A stretch of DNA of 46,749 bases from a virus (lineage: Duplodnaviria; Caudoviricetes), in IMG/VR virus record IMGVR_UViG_3300010362_000031, positions 1 through 46,749 of that record; one strand, written 5' to 3'. A program made the position numbers and the translations under genes. Below the pieces are notes generated by a model. That model saw nothing but the letters and a program-made list of their open reading frames with translations. It had not been told where the DNA came from and did not search any database. Below, piece after piece: positions 15,791 to 24,992 of this stretch; the first letter of the stretch is position 1; every line of letters begins with the position of its first letter.

Positions 15791-16883
15791 TAACGGCACT
15801 CGGTATAATCGCCTCCGCTACCGGGGCCAGAAAGAAGTCAAGCTGCCCAACGGTGACCGCTATTCGCGGGAGGTGCAGGAAGCGGCGCGGGAGGCCCGCA
15901 GGGCCATCGATCTGGTGCTGGACGCCCAGCCGGCACAGGACAAAAAAAAGAGGGGCGACACGCTGGGTGCCGCCCTCTCCCGGTATTTCGATACACCCGC
16001 CTTCCAAGTCATGCGGGCGAGCACGCGCGAGAAGCGCCGCTACATCCTCAACGCCCTCGGCAAGCGGTATGGCGATTGCGTGCTGTCCGAGCTGACCGAC
16101 GAGACCATCGAGAAATGGCTCGCGGCGCGCGAGGCGACGCCGGCAGCGGCCCGCAACCTCCTCGTTGCCCTCCAGCACTTTTTTTCCGAGCGCGTCGGGG
16201 CGGGCCTCTTGAAGAAGCGGAACAACCCGGTCCTCGGCGTTCGGCTGGTCAAGCGGGTCGCGCGCAAGGTCGGCAAGGGCCACTACAAGACTTGGAAGCA
16301 GGCGCACGTTGACCAGTTCCGCGCGTACTGGCCGATGGGCACGATGGAGCGGTTGGCGTTTGAGCTGATGCTGCTGACGGGCATGAGCGCGGCCGACGTT
16401 ATCCGGTTCAGCCGGTCCTGGGTCGGCGCGGACAGCCTCATCCGCTACAAGCGGCGCAAGACCAGCACCGAGGCAATCCTGTTCTTCAGCAAGGAGCTGC
16501 GGGCGGCTATCGCGGCCTGTCCGCTGGCGACGCCGGCCGACCGGCCGTTTGAGCCTATCCTGCGCGGCCCTACCGGCCGGGTCTGGTACAAAGACGGGCA
16601 GGTCTGCGCAGATCCTGATGACGAGACCGACGAGGGCTGGCGCAATCAGCACTTTAGCCAATGGTTCACCAAAGCGGCCCGTGCCGCCGGGCTGCCCGAG
16701 GGGATCTCGGCGCATGGCGTGCGCAAGCGGGCGGCCTGCGACGATTGTCTCAAGCACTGGCCCCAGGCGAAGCTGATGAGCAAGTTTGGCTGGTCAGACC
16801 CGAAAGAGGTCGTGCTCTACACGCTGGAGGCCGAAAAGGAGCTGTTCATGCTCGCCGAGGCCGCCAAAGAGGCTGCCGATTAG
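15741..16883 (+). CDS. int: Tyrosine recombinase/integrase
   Basis: TW...VDQFRAYWP.GT.ERLAFELMLLTG; KT; SAHGVRK; FGW; LYT. The first catalytic Arg position appears to be Ser. Confidence 0.85.
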   Translation: MKTSKKPERDSVKSWVSNGTRYNRLRYRGQKEVKLPNGDRYSREVQEAAREARRAIDLVLDAQPAQDKKKRGDTLGAALSRYFDTPAFQVMRASTREKRRYILNALGKRYGDCVLSELTDETIEKWLAAREATPAAARNLLVALQHFFSERVGAGLLKKRNNPVLGVRLVKRVARKVGKGHYKTWKQAHVDQFRAYWPMGTMERLAFELMLLTGMSAADVIRFSRSWVGADSLIRYKRRKTSTEAILFFSKELRAAIAACPLATPADRPFEPILRGPTGRVWYKDGQVCADPDDETDEGWRNQHFSQWFTKAARAAGLPEGISAHGVRKRAACDDCLKHWPQAKLMSKFGWSDPKEVVLYTLEAEKELFMLAEAAKEAAD

Positions 16884-17040
16884 GCCCCTGTCTAAGAATT
16901 GTCAAAACGAGGCTCAAATGTGTCTAACTGGCAGAAACCCTCGACAAACGGGCCTAAAATTAGTCATGCCCGTATTAGAGACGCCCTGCAAAATCAAAGC
17001 TTGAGACAACCCGTTTAGACTATTGGCACGAAAAAGCCAA
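16884..17040. other. Candidate attP region
   Basis: AT-richer non-coding stretch after int with repeated TGTCTAA-like motifs in both orientations (16889, 16900, 16921; inverted near 17001 and 17014). Confidence 0.45.
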
Positions 17041-17041
17041 C

Positions 17042-17076
17042 GAGGCCCCGCCGGACGGACGGGGCCTCTCTTTTTT
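17042..17076 (+). terminator. Rho-independent terminator
   Basis: GAGGCCCCG...CGGGGCCTC stem followed by TCTTTTTT. Confidence 0.75.
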
Positions 17077-17298
17077 GGCGGCTCGCTCACGGCTATATGT
17101 GGGGATGCGCAACAAGGAGATGGGCGATGAGCGACGACGAGGCATTTAGAAACTGGGACAAAGCCATCGAGGCGGAAGAGCGCAGGATGCGCGCGCTCAG
17201 CGACGAAGAGCTGGAGCGGGAGCCACCGAGCTGGGCCAAATCTCTTGAGCTGAAGGCCAGACAGCATCTCGCTCGTCAGGCGGCAGCCCTGCGCAGGG

Positions 17299-17499
17299 CT
17301 ACTTCTCGACCAAACAATGGTCCAGCACCTTCATCAGCATCTGCATCCGCACGCCCAGCTCGTGATCGAGGAACCACATGACCAGCGAGATGAAGGCGAT
17401 GTTCATCAGCACCAGCATCAGGAAGACCGGCGGCAGCGCGCCGATCAGCGAGCGGCCGAGATCGAACAGGCTGGTATGCGCGGGTTGATCGTCTGCCAT
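17299..17499 (-). CDS. Small membrane protein (holin-like candidate)
   Basis: One long hydrophobic segment LPPVFLMLVLMNIAFISLVMWFL; lies at the distal end of the late strand. Confidence 0.5.
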   Translation of the reverse strand: MADDQPAHTSLFDLGRSLIGALPPVFLMLVLMNIAFISLVMWFLDHELGVRMQMLMKVLDHCLVEK

Positions 17500-17525
17500 C
17501 GTTTGCCTATGTTGGTGCTGACATC

Positions 17526-17726
17526 ATGAACACCCTCGACGTCGCCCGCACACCGTTTTGGCTCCCCCTGGGCGGCATCGCCATCTTGCTCTTGATCGCG
17601 GCCATATTTATCGCCGCGATCGTTTCTGATCATCGTAGGAGAATGCAGGGATTACGGCAGCGCCACATGAGCATGGCCGACCGGATGTGCGCGCTGGGCC
17701 GCAAGCTCGGCGACCCGATGGATTGA
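17526..17726 (+). CDS. Small membrane protein
   Basis: N-terminal TM FWLPLGGIAILLLIAAIFIAAIV. Confidence 0.5.
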   Translation: MNTLDVARTPFWLPLGGIAILLLIAAIFIAAIVSDHRRRMQGLRQRHMSMADRMCALGRKLGDPMD

Positions 17727-17730
17727 CGCG

Positions 17731-17997
17731 ATGAAGCTGCCCTGGACATACAAGCGCCCCGAGAACCCCTGGAACGAGGAGGTCGGCCTATCCGGCTGGC
17801 ATCCCGGTCAGGCCGGGCCGTCGCTCGATCTGCTCGCCTGCATGGCGAGCTTGGCCCGCAACCAGTGGGATCTGAACGAGGCCCAGGCGCTCATGTGGCG
17901 CGCGATGAAGTGGACGAACCGGGTCAATGCGATTGCTTGGCTCATCGTGATGGCGAGCACGTTGGTCGGGCTGGCCGCGCAAAAGGGATGGTGGTGA
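17731..17997 (+). CDS. Small membrane protein
   Basis: C-terminal TM AIAWLIVMASTLVGLAA. Confidence 0.5.
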   Translation: MKLPWTYKRPENPWNEEVGLSGWHPGQAGPSLDLLACMASLARNQWDLNEAQALMWRAMKWTNRVNAIAWLIVMASTLVGLAAQKGWW

Positions 17998-18233
17998 TGG
18001 TTGAGAGCTTGCTGATCTGCGTGGCGCTGTTGTGGATCTTTAAGCAGGTCCGAGCGGAGGAGCGCGCCAACCCGCGCGTCGATATGAGCGGGATCGACGC
18101 CGCTATCGAGCGGGCGGGGAAGGCGCTGCCGATCAAGCCAAAACCGCCCAAGCTGGCCGTCCCGCGCGCGGCGGCCTGGGCGCTGTTCATCGCGATCTGC
18201 GCGGGGATGATCGCACTAAGCCCGCCCCTCTAG
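17997..18233 (+). CDS. Small membrane protein
   Basis: Two hydrophobic segments; TGATG coupling. Confidence 0.5.
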   Translation: MVESLLICVALLWIFKQVRAEERANPRVDMSGIDAAIERAGKALPIKPKPPKLAVPRAAAWALFIAICAGMIALSPPL

Positions 18234-19622
18234 CTGCCACCATGGTATCGGCCGGTCCTGGTTTGGGGTTAGCAAGCCCGGCGGGATCAATCGGCCACTT
18301 CCCCACGGCGAGATCAGTTGCGGCCGGCCCGGCGAGTACGGCGACGCTGATGGGTATGGCTGGCCTGGGAGCCAGGGTGCTCCCGCAGGAGGCTGCGCGA
18401 CCTCGCGACCAAGCGGCGTGTTCTGCCGCACCAGCTCATCGACCTTCTCCAGCCCACGCCGAGCAACGCCGGCCTCCAGCCCCTTGAACAGCCGGGCGAG
18501 ACCCTGGCCGCCGACGACGCCCAGGGCGCTTTCGGCACCGCCGCTGCCAAAGAGCGCACCGATGGCCGACATGATGCTACCTCTGTTGCCGAGGTAGCGG
18601 AGCGCGTCCTGATAGCTGCTGCCGTTGGCGACCGCGCGGAGCGCCGCGATCTCCTCCGGCGAATAGCCCTTGAGATTGTCCTCGTTCGCCAGGAAGGAGG
18701 CGATCCGCTGCCGGACGAGGTTGCCCTCGTTCTGGCCGGAATTGGTCACGGCGGCGCGGGTCTCGGCCCGCTGGAGCATGCCGGTGTCGCCTCTGCCCAG
18801 GCCGCCGGCCAGCTCATCAGACTTGAACGAGCCGGCATAATTGCCCCGCGCGTCCTTGAAGAGCTGCGCGGCCTCCTGGCCGGTCATGGTCGGCTGGCCG
18901 AGCAGGGTTCCCTGCTGCATCTGGCTGTCTTGGAGGTTCTCCAGAAAGGTGTCGAGTTGCCCGCGAGCGATGCCGGCCGCCTTACCTTCCGCGCCTCCCG
19001 ACAGCGTCAGATCGCTGAGACGCTCCCGCAGCTTCATGAGCTGGGGATATGACATGTAGCCGCCCTGCGGGCCGCTCAGGCCGCCGACAAGCTTGTGGGT
19101 CTGCGGTGCGGCCTCAGCGTCGATGAACTCCTTGCCAAGCAGGTTCTGAGTGATGTCGGTGCCGAGGGTGCCCAGCTCGGAGCTTTTGACCGCGATGTTG
19201 GAGTTGTTCAGCGCCTCGTAACCCGCCTTGCCGGCGGTCCTCAGCTCCTGACCGGTCGGCGCTACCGTGCGCGGGAGCTGCGGGGCAATCGCGTCCGGCA
19301 TGATGGTCGAGGCGAGGCCAACGGTGCGCGGCATGAGGTCTGGGTCCGTCTGACCCGTCGAGCTGTACGGCGTCTGCACCTTGCCGGTGAACACGTCGCC
19401 GGGCAGCGTGAACGCCGAGGTCAGCGCGCCAGGGATGCCGGCGCTCCAATCCAAGTGGGGCTTGCCCTGGGCATCGGTCGAGAACGGCCAGATCGGGCTG
19501 TGGTAGTTGGCACCCGGCACGGGCGGTTGGGTGTCGAGCTGGCCGGTGAAGGGCCGCCCTGGCGGATTGTTCGGGTCATCGAGCTGGCCGGTGAAGGGCT
19601 GGCCCGGCAATTCGTCAGCCAT
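18216..19622 (-). CDS. Probable internal virion / DNA ejection protein
   Basis: 468 aa, G/A/L-rich, last of the large late genes after the tail genes, as in podoviral layouts. Confidence 0.55.
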   Translation of the reverse strand: MADELPGQPFTGQLDDPNNPPGRPFTGQLDTQPPVPGANYHSPIWPFSTDAQGKPHLDWSAGIPGALTSAFTLPGDVFTGKVQTPYSSTGQTDPDLMPRTVGLASTIMPDAIAPQLPRTVAPTGQELRTAGKAGYEALNNSNIAVKSSELGTLGTDITQNLLGKEFIDAEAAPQTHKLVGGLSGPQGGYMSYPQLMKLRERLSDLTLSGGAEGKAAGIARGQLDTFLENLQDSQMQQGTLLGQPTMTGQEAAQLFKDARGNYAGSFKSDELAGGLGRGDTGMLQRAETRAAVTNSGQNEGNLVRQRIASFLANEDNLKGYSPEEIAALRAVANGSSYQDALRYLGNRGSIMSAIGALFGSGGAESALGVVGGQGLARLFKGLEAGVARRGLEKVDELVRQNTPLGREVAQPPAGAPWLPGQPYPSASPYSPGRPQLISPWGSGRLIPPGLLTPNQDRPIPWWQLEGRA

Positions 19623-19625
19623 GGA

Positions 19626-22256
19626 TCACCACCTCGTCTCGCCGCTGGGCAATTGGTAGACGGGCTTGCCGTTGCTGGTGCCGATCTGCTTGGTGCCGGC
19701 CGGGTAGCCCTGCGGGATCGCGCCTTGCATGCCGGCGAGCGGGCCGATCTCCTTTCTGACGCCATCGACAATGGGTGCCAGCGGGTTCTCGCGCAGCCAC
19801 TTGGTCTGGAAGATCTCGGGGTCTTGCTTGCCGCCGATCCGCGCCTCGACCCAGTCGTGCGCCAGCCCTTGCAACTGCCGCAGTTGCCCAATGTCCTCGG
19901 ACAGCATCGTCAGGTTCGCCTCGGGCTGGATGTTCGCGCTCTCCGACGTCTCGGCGCTGACCTTGAACTCGTTGTTGGTGAAGCGGCTGTTGACCGCCTT
20001 CAGCGACTGCAAGGTCTGCTTGTAGTTCTCGTGCAGCGCCTCCTGCACCTTGGCCGGGTCGGTCGCAAAGACCAGGGGCGTGTCCTTGCCAAAGAGGCCT
20101 TGCAGCGCGGCGTTGAAGGCGGCCTTTTCGTTGGTCCATGCGCCGGTCTGGACCATCTTGAAGGCGTTGGCGATGCTCTGCAGGCGCTGCTCGGCCCTCT
20201 GCGCGTCGCCGACAACCGAGATCAGTTCGGTGTTCGCCTTGGCCCAGGCCGGCTGGTACGTCTTGAGTTGGTCGGCCGTGTAAGACGGCTCCTGGTAGCT
20301 CGGCATCTTGCTCATCATCGGCGACCCGCCCTGGGGCACAGCGAGCCGCGTGCCAGGGTACTGCGGTGCGCCTGGGCCGGCACCCGGCGGTGCGGTGTTC
20401 GGTGCGGGCAATGGCGTGTTGCCGGCCTGGGCGGTGCCGATGCCGGTGCCGAAAGCGGTCTCCTGCGGCGTTCGGCCGGTCGCGCCCAGATCCTGCAGTT
20501 GGCCGCCGGGCGGCAGGAAGTACTGATGCTCGCGACCATCGGGGCCGAGGGCCTTGTAGTTGCCGGTCATCTGCCCGCTCGTCGGATCGACGTGCAGCGT
20601 GTTCTCGCGCAGATCGTAGGGCGCGACCCGCTGCTTGTTGATATCGAGCTGGCTCTGGTACGCCGCGCTGCGGTCCTTGTAGTAGGCCTCCAGCCGGATC
20701 TTCTGCTCCTCCTTCGCCATGTCGGTGTCGAGCGTCGCGAGCGCGGCGATATCAGGCGGCACCGGGATGCCGCCGACCGTCGCCAGACCCGCCATCTTCT
20801 TCGCCCACAGAACCTCGGCGTTGGAGATCTTGCGGCTGAACGTCGGCGGCAACGGCGGCGGCGCGGGCACCGATGGCGCTGCGGGCGCGCTGGGAGCCGC
20901 TGGAGCGCCTGGAGCCGGCGCAGGTACGGGTGCAGCGGCCGGAGGCATTACAGGCCCTCCTGGGCCTCCAGCGGGCGGCGCTGGGGCAGGCGCGGGCATG
21001 GGTGCCGGCGGCGGTCCCGCAGGCGGCTGGTTGAGGAGGCCCTGCAGCTCGGCAGCGCCGGCCTGTCCGGTCTGCGCCGGCACGCCGGGCACGGAGATCG
21101 GCGGCGCGGCCGACGCACCCTGCGCCAGGAGGCTGGGCGGCATGGCGGGTAGGGGAGTTGCCGGCCCTGGAGGGCCAGGAGGGCCTGCGGCACCCGAGGG
21201 ACCGGCAGGCGGCGGCGCGAGCTGCGGCGGTGCGGCCGAGATGTCGGGCGACGGGTTCTGCGGCGTGAAGAGGCCCGGCGGCGCTTGCGGCGGCGCCATC
21301 GGCGGGCTGGCGTCGGTGACGGTCGGCGGCGCGGCCGAGGCGACCTGGGTCGGGCGGGCAGCCGGCGGCGTGTTCCAGTACTCGGTGGTCGAGGCGAGCC
21401 GCTGAGCGCGGTTGCCGCCGGCAATCTTGAGGTCCGGCCGCTCAAAGGCGAGCTGGCCCTCCACGAGCTGCTCGGGGTTGGTCGCGGCGTCGATCATCGC
21501 GCCGGCCTTGCGCTCGGGACCGTCCAGCTCCGAGTTGGCAAAGAGCACCTGCTTCTGCCAGGGCACCGGGTCATTCGGCCCGACGCCGGCAAACTTGCGC
21601 ATGTTGGCGAGGCGGTCGGTGTTGTGACCAAAGAGGCCATAACCGATGCCGCCGTCGTGCGTGATGTCGGGCCGGAAGCTGCTTTCGGAGTTGGCGGCCG
21701 AGGTGAGGAAGACGGCGCGGTTGCGCGAGATCCCGTTGTCGAGGGCGAACTGGTAGATCTCGCCAGCGCTGGGACCGCCGCCGCTCGACAGGATCTTCGC
21801 CGGCCCGGTCAGCGGGCCGCCGGCCGTGCTCGCGCCACCCGTGCCGGTGCCGGGACCGCCGCCCTCGCCGGTCGGCCGGTTCTGCATGCCCTCCAGAAAG
21901 GCGCGCCGCACCAGCCCCAGGGCCTCGGCGTTGCCGGCGTTGGCGAGCGCGAGCGTCGTCTGCGCCGCCTTCAGCCGCGCCTCGATGAGGCTGTCGCCGG
22001 CCGTCGTCGCGGCAGCGCCGGCCTTGCCCAACGTCGCGCCGATGGGGATGCCGCCCTTGTACGGCACCGGCATCGCGCCCTCGGCGAACGCGCCGGCCGC
22101 CGCGCCCAACGAGCGCTGCCGCAGCTCGCGCGCAACGTCGGGATCGCTGAGTGGCCCGCCATATGCCTTCGCCGGGTCGGTAGGGCTGAACAGGCTCAGC
22201 AGGCCGCCAAAGATGCCATTGCCGCCGCCGCTGTCGGGCGTGTCTAGGAGGCCCAT
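19626..22256 (-). CDS. Internal virion/ejection protein with phage tail-lysozyme-like domain
   Basis: SESSFRP...GYGLFGH...RL...QVLFANSEL...FERP motif set; long Pro-rich linker; helical C-terminus. Confidence 0.7.
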   Translation of the reverse strand: MGLLDTPDSGGGNGIFGGLLSLFSPTDPAKAYGGPLSDPDVARELRQRSLGAAAGAFAEGAMPVPYKGGIPIGATLGKAGAAATTAGDSLIEARLKAAQTTLALANAGNAEALGLVRRAFLEGMQNRPTGEGGGPGTGTGGASTAGGPLTGPAKILSSGGGPSAGEIYQFALDNGISRNRAVFLTSAANSESSFRPDITHDGGIGYGLFGHNTDRLANMRKFAGVGPNDPVPWQKQVLFANSELDGPERKAGAMIDAATNPEQLVEGQLAFERPDLKIAGGNRAQRLASTTEYWNTPPAARPTQVASAAPPTVTDASPPMAPPQAPPGLFTPQNPSPDISAAPPQLAPPPAGPSGAAGPPGPPGPATPLPAMPPSLLAQGASAAPPISVPGVPAQTGQAGAAELQGLLNQPPAGPPPAPMPAPAPAPPAGGPGGPVMPPAAAPVPAPAPGAPAAPSAPAAPSVPAPPPLPPTFSRKISNAEVLWAKKMAGLATVGGIPVPPDIAALATLDTDMAKEEQKIRLEAYYKDRSAAYQSQLDINKQRVAPYDLRENTLHVDPTSGQMTGNYKALGPDGREHQYFLPPGGQLQDLGATGRTPQETAFGTGIGTAQAGNTPLPAPNTAPPGAGPGAPQYPGTRLAVPQGGSPMMSKMPSYQEPSYTADQLKTYQPAWAKANTELISVVGDAQRAEQRLQSIANAFKMVQTGAWTNEKAAFNAALQGLFGKDTPLVFATDPAKVQEALHENYKQTLQSLKAVNSRFTNNEFKVSAETSESANIQPEANLTMLSEDIGQLRQLQGLAHDWVEARIGGKQDPEIFQTKWLRENPLAPIVDGVRKEIGPLAGMQGAIPQGYPAGTKQIGTSNGKPVYQLPSGETRW

Positions 22257-22723
22257 CAATACCCCCTCTGGAAGCGCTGCAGCGCCAGTTTCGGGTCGAG
22301 AGCGTTTGGCGTGAAGAGGTTGTGGTACGGGTTCTGGCCGAGCAGGCCGGCCGGCGGCCTCGTCGGCGTCATCGGCTGCTGGCCGCCGCGCGGCTGCGGC
22401 GTCAGCCCGCCGACCGCTTTCTGGAGATCGGCCACGCCGCTAGAGCCGGCCAGATCCTTGAGCTTGCCGAGGAGACCCTCGGGCTGCTGCGCGTCGGGGT
22501 TGCTGAAGTAGCCGAGCTGGTTCTGCGTGGAGATCTGCGCGGGCGTGAGGTTGCTGTAGCCCGGCGGCTGCGCCCAGTTCGTGCCGTTGGGCAGGACCAT
22601 GTCGGGCCGAGGGAACCAGCCCTGCTGCTGCAGCAGGTTCGACTGATCGGGCGTGAGGCCGCTGTAGCCCTCCGTCCCGCCGCCGGTAAACATGCCGCCG
22701 AGCCAGTCAAACAAGCCGTCCAT
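22256..22723 (-). CDS. Probable virion-associated protein
   Basis: Q/G/P-rich, coupled within the ejection gene block. Confidence 0.5.
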   Translation of the reverse strand: MDGLFDWLGGMFTGGGTEGYSGLTPDQSNLLQQQGWFPRPDMVLPNGTNWAQPPGYSNLTPAQISTQNQLGYFSNPDAQQPEGLLGKLKDLAGSSGVADLQKAVGGLTPQPRGGQQPMTPTRPPAGLLGQNPYHNLFTPNALDPKLALQRFQRGY

Positions 22724-22733
22724 GGCCGTTCCC

Positions 22734-24245
22734 CTAGATCTTTGAGGCGAGTGCGGCGATGCCGGTCAGCCCGCTGAGGAGGCTGCTGCCGACATTGCTG
22801 TAGTACGGCTGGGTCTGCTGCGTGACCGTGTTGCCGCCGAGCGGCTGGCCGAGCAGCGCGCCATAGTTCTGGATCGGTGCCCAGCCCGAGTTGTAGGCCG
22901 TGCTGAGCTGCGACAGCGGGTAGTTCGCGAGATCCGGCGTCATCTGGGCGATGCCGCCCAGGTTCAAGAGACCGCTGTTGGCGAGGTTGCCGCCCTGGGC
23001 CAGGGCCGTCGCGCCCGTGCCATAGCCGGCGTTCGCCGCGCCCGCGCCGTAGTTGAGGCCCTGCATCATGCTGTTGAGCGCCGAGAGGCTGAGCTGGCCG
23101 CCCGTGCTGTAGTTGCTCGACGCGCCGCCAAGGCCGGTGCCGGCGAGGCTGTTCAGCGCCGACGCGCCCGCGCCGTACATGCTGCCGGCGTTGCCATAGC
23201 CGGTCTGCAGCGCCTGCCCGCCAGCGCCGATGAGCTGGCCGGCGTTGGTCACGCCCGACTGGGCGAGCTGGCCGGCGTTGGAGAGCGCGCCCGTGACATT
23301 GCCGACGCCCGTGTTGTAGGCCGAGCCGAGCGCGGTCCCGGCCCCGAGCATGCTGTTGAGGCCGGTGTTGTAGGCGTTGTTGACGATGCTCGATGTCGCG
23401 TCGCCAATCGCCCGGCCGAGCGCGGTCTGGTTGTTGCCGACCGCGTTGGTCCAAGCCCCCGAGCCATAGCGCCCGCCGAGCGAGAAATTGCTGTCGGTCT
23501 GCGGCGCGACGGCGGTCTGGTACTGGCGCACGAGCGGATCGGTCGCGGCGCTGATCGTGCCGGCGAGGGCCGGGTTGCGGCTCGGGTCCACGTAGTCGCC
23601 GCGCGCCATGCCGGTGAGGCTGTCGTAAATCGGGTTGCCCGAGATCCCCATGCCGGCGTTGGCGTAGAGCGCGTTGATGCTCGGGTTGGCCGCGCCCATG
23701 GCGGCACCGGAGAGACCCATCAGCGCGCCGCCCGTGCCCTGGCCGGCAGCCGCCGCCTGATTGCCGAAATTGTTGAGCGCGCCAAAGGAGCCGTAGCCCG
23801 CGCCGGTCAGGCCGCCGTACTGGCCGGCGAGGCTGGTGAGCGCCCCGGTGTAGGGCGAGACCGTGCCTGGGGCGGCGAAGGCCGCGCCGGTCAGATTGTT
23901 GGCAAAGCCTTGCCCCACGGCCGGCGCACCCGAGGCGATGCCATTGAGGTCGGCGATCTGGCTGGCGGCCGGTTGGTAGCCGCCGGCATTGCCGCGTAGC
24001 GCCGCGTTGACAAAGTCCATGCCACCAGGGACGAGGTTTTGCGCGTCGCCCTGGAGGTTGTTGAACTGGTTGCCGGCGTAGTTGCGCAGCCGGTCGAGGT
24101 ATTCAAACCCGTACGCGGTCTCGGGGCCGCCGACGCCGCCCATCCGGCTGGCCTGATCCCACAGCCCGCCCAGATAGCCGGCCTGGAGCTGACCGACCGG
24201 ATTGGAGACCGTCTGGGTGCTGGTCGAGGGCGTGCTCTTGGTCAT
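22734..24245 (-). CDS. Probable DNA transfer/ejection protein
   Basis: MTKSTPSTSTQT start; G/A/N-rich; GRYGSG motif; C-terminal LLSGLTGIAALAS. Confidence 0.6.
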   Translation of the reverse strand: MTKSTPSTSTQTVSNPVGQLQAGYLGGLWDQASRMGGVGGPETAYGFEYLDRLRNYAGNQFNNLQGDAQNLVPGGMDFVNAALRGNAGGYQPAASQIADLNGIASGAPAVGQGFANNLTGAAFAAPGTVSPYTGALTSLAGQYGGLTGAGYGSFGALNNFGNQAAAAGQGTGGALMGLSGAAMGAANPSINALYANAGMGISGNPIYDSLTGMARGDYVDPSRNPALAGTISAATDPLVRQYQTAVAPQTDSNFSLGGRYGSGAWTNAVGNNQTALGRAIGDATSSIVNNAYNTGLNSMLGAGTALGSAYNTGVGNVTGALSNAGQLAQSGVTNAGQLIGAGGQALQTGYGNAGSMYGAGASALNSLAGTGLGGASSNYSTGGQLSLSALNSMMQGLNYGAGAANAGYGTGATALAQGGNLANSGLLNLGGIAQMTPDLANYPLSQLSTAYNSGWAPIQNYGALLGQPLGGNTVTQQTQPYYSNVGSSLLSGLTGIAALASKI

Positions 24246-24700
24246 GGCTTGATCCTTCGCACCAGGGCGACGCCTGCGATCTCGAAACCGAAATGCGCCC
24301 AGCCCTTGCGGTCCCAGCCGCAGAGATCGACGCAGCCCAGCGCCTCGGCCTGGGCGTCGAGCGCATCGAGCACCGGCCGGAACCAGCGGCGCACGCCGCT
24401 CCCGGCGATAAACGGCACCTCCAGCACCCGGCAGCGCGGGAACTCGCGCACCTCGGTGACGACGACCGCGACCAGCCGGCCCAGGTCGCGCACCAGGAAC
24501 ATGCTCTGCCGGCCCAGCATGACGAGCTGCAGGATGTCGATGGGTTCGTAGCCCCTGATCCGGCGCGTGGCGCGCTCAAGGATCGGCTCGATGATGGGCC
24601 AGCACTGGGCGATCTCGTTGAGGGGCGGCAGAACGACCGAGATGCCCTCAGCCGAGCAGGACGGCGACAAAAGCGAGGTCGGTATAGGGCACGAGGGCAT
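24242..24700 (-). CDS. GNAT-like virion morphogenesis protein (start uncertain)
   Basis: CWPIIEPILERA...VVTEVREFP..RVLEV..IAG...AEALGC...RKGW, in the usual position after the tail genes. Confidence 0.6.
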   Translation of the reverse strand: MPSCPIPTSLLSPSCSAEGISVVLPPLNEIAQCWPIIEPILERATRRIRGYEPIDILQLVMLGRQSMFLVRDLGRLVAVVVTEVREFPRCRVLEVPFIAGSGVRRWFRPVLDALDAQAEALGCVDLCGWDRKGWAHFGFEIAGVALVRRIKP

Positions 24701-24992
24701 GATGGATCGTGCAGCTCCCCTTGGTCGTCTCGACCCAGATCGAGGGCAGGATGTCCACCGCATGCGCCGAGGCCGGCTGCAGGCCGACCTGGGTGTAGGG
24801 GCCGATCCGGCTGTCGCTGAAGGTCGAGCTGGTCGCGTTGGCGGCGAGCGTGACGCCCATGTTCGCGCCGATCCCGCCCTGCATGATCTTGTTGATCGCG
24901 GTGGCGAACCGGACATTGGTCGCCCTGGCGCTGCCCAGCTCGGACGGGACGGCCGGGATGACCGGCGGCCGGTCGAGGAGCGCGTCCGCCAT
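24648..24992 (-). CDS. Small tail-associated protein
   Basis: AINKIMQG...VTLAANATSSTFSDSRI...TIHHA; coupled to the upstream tail gene. Confidence 0.6.
   Translation of the reverse strand: MADALLDRPPVIPAVPSELGSARATNVRFATAINKIMQGGIGANMGVTLAANATSSTFSDSRIGPYTQVGLQPASAHAVDILPSIWVETTKGSCTIHHALVPYTDLAFVAVLLG

Noticed and set aside
20840-21370. Repetitive GC-rich tract
   Set aside because: Explained by the Pro/Ala-rich linker of the ejection protein (3-nt periodicity).
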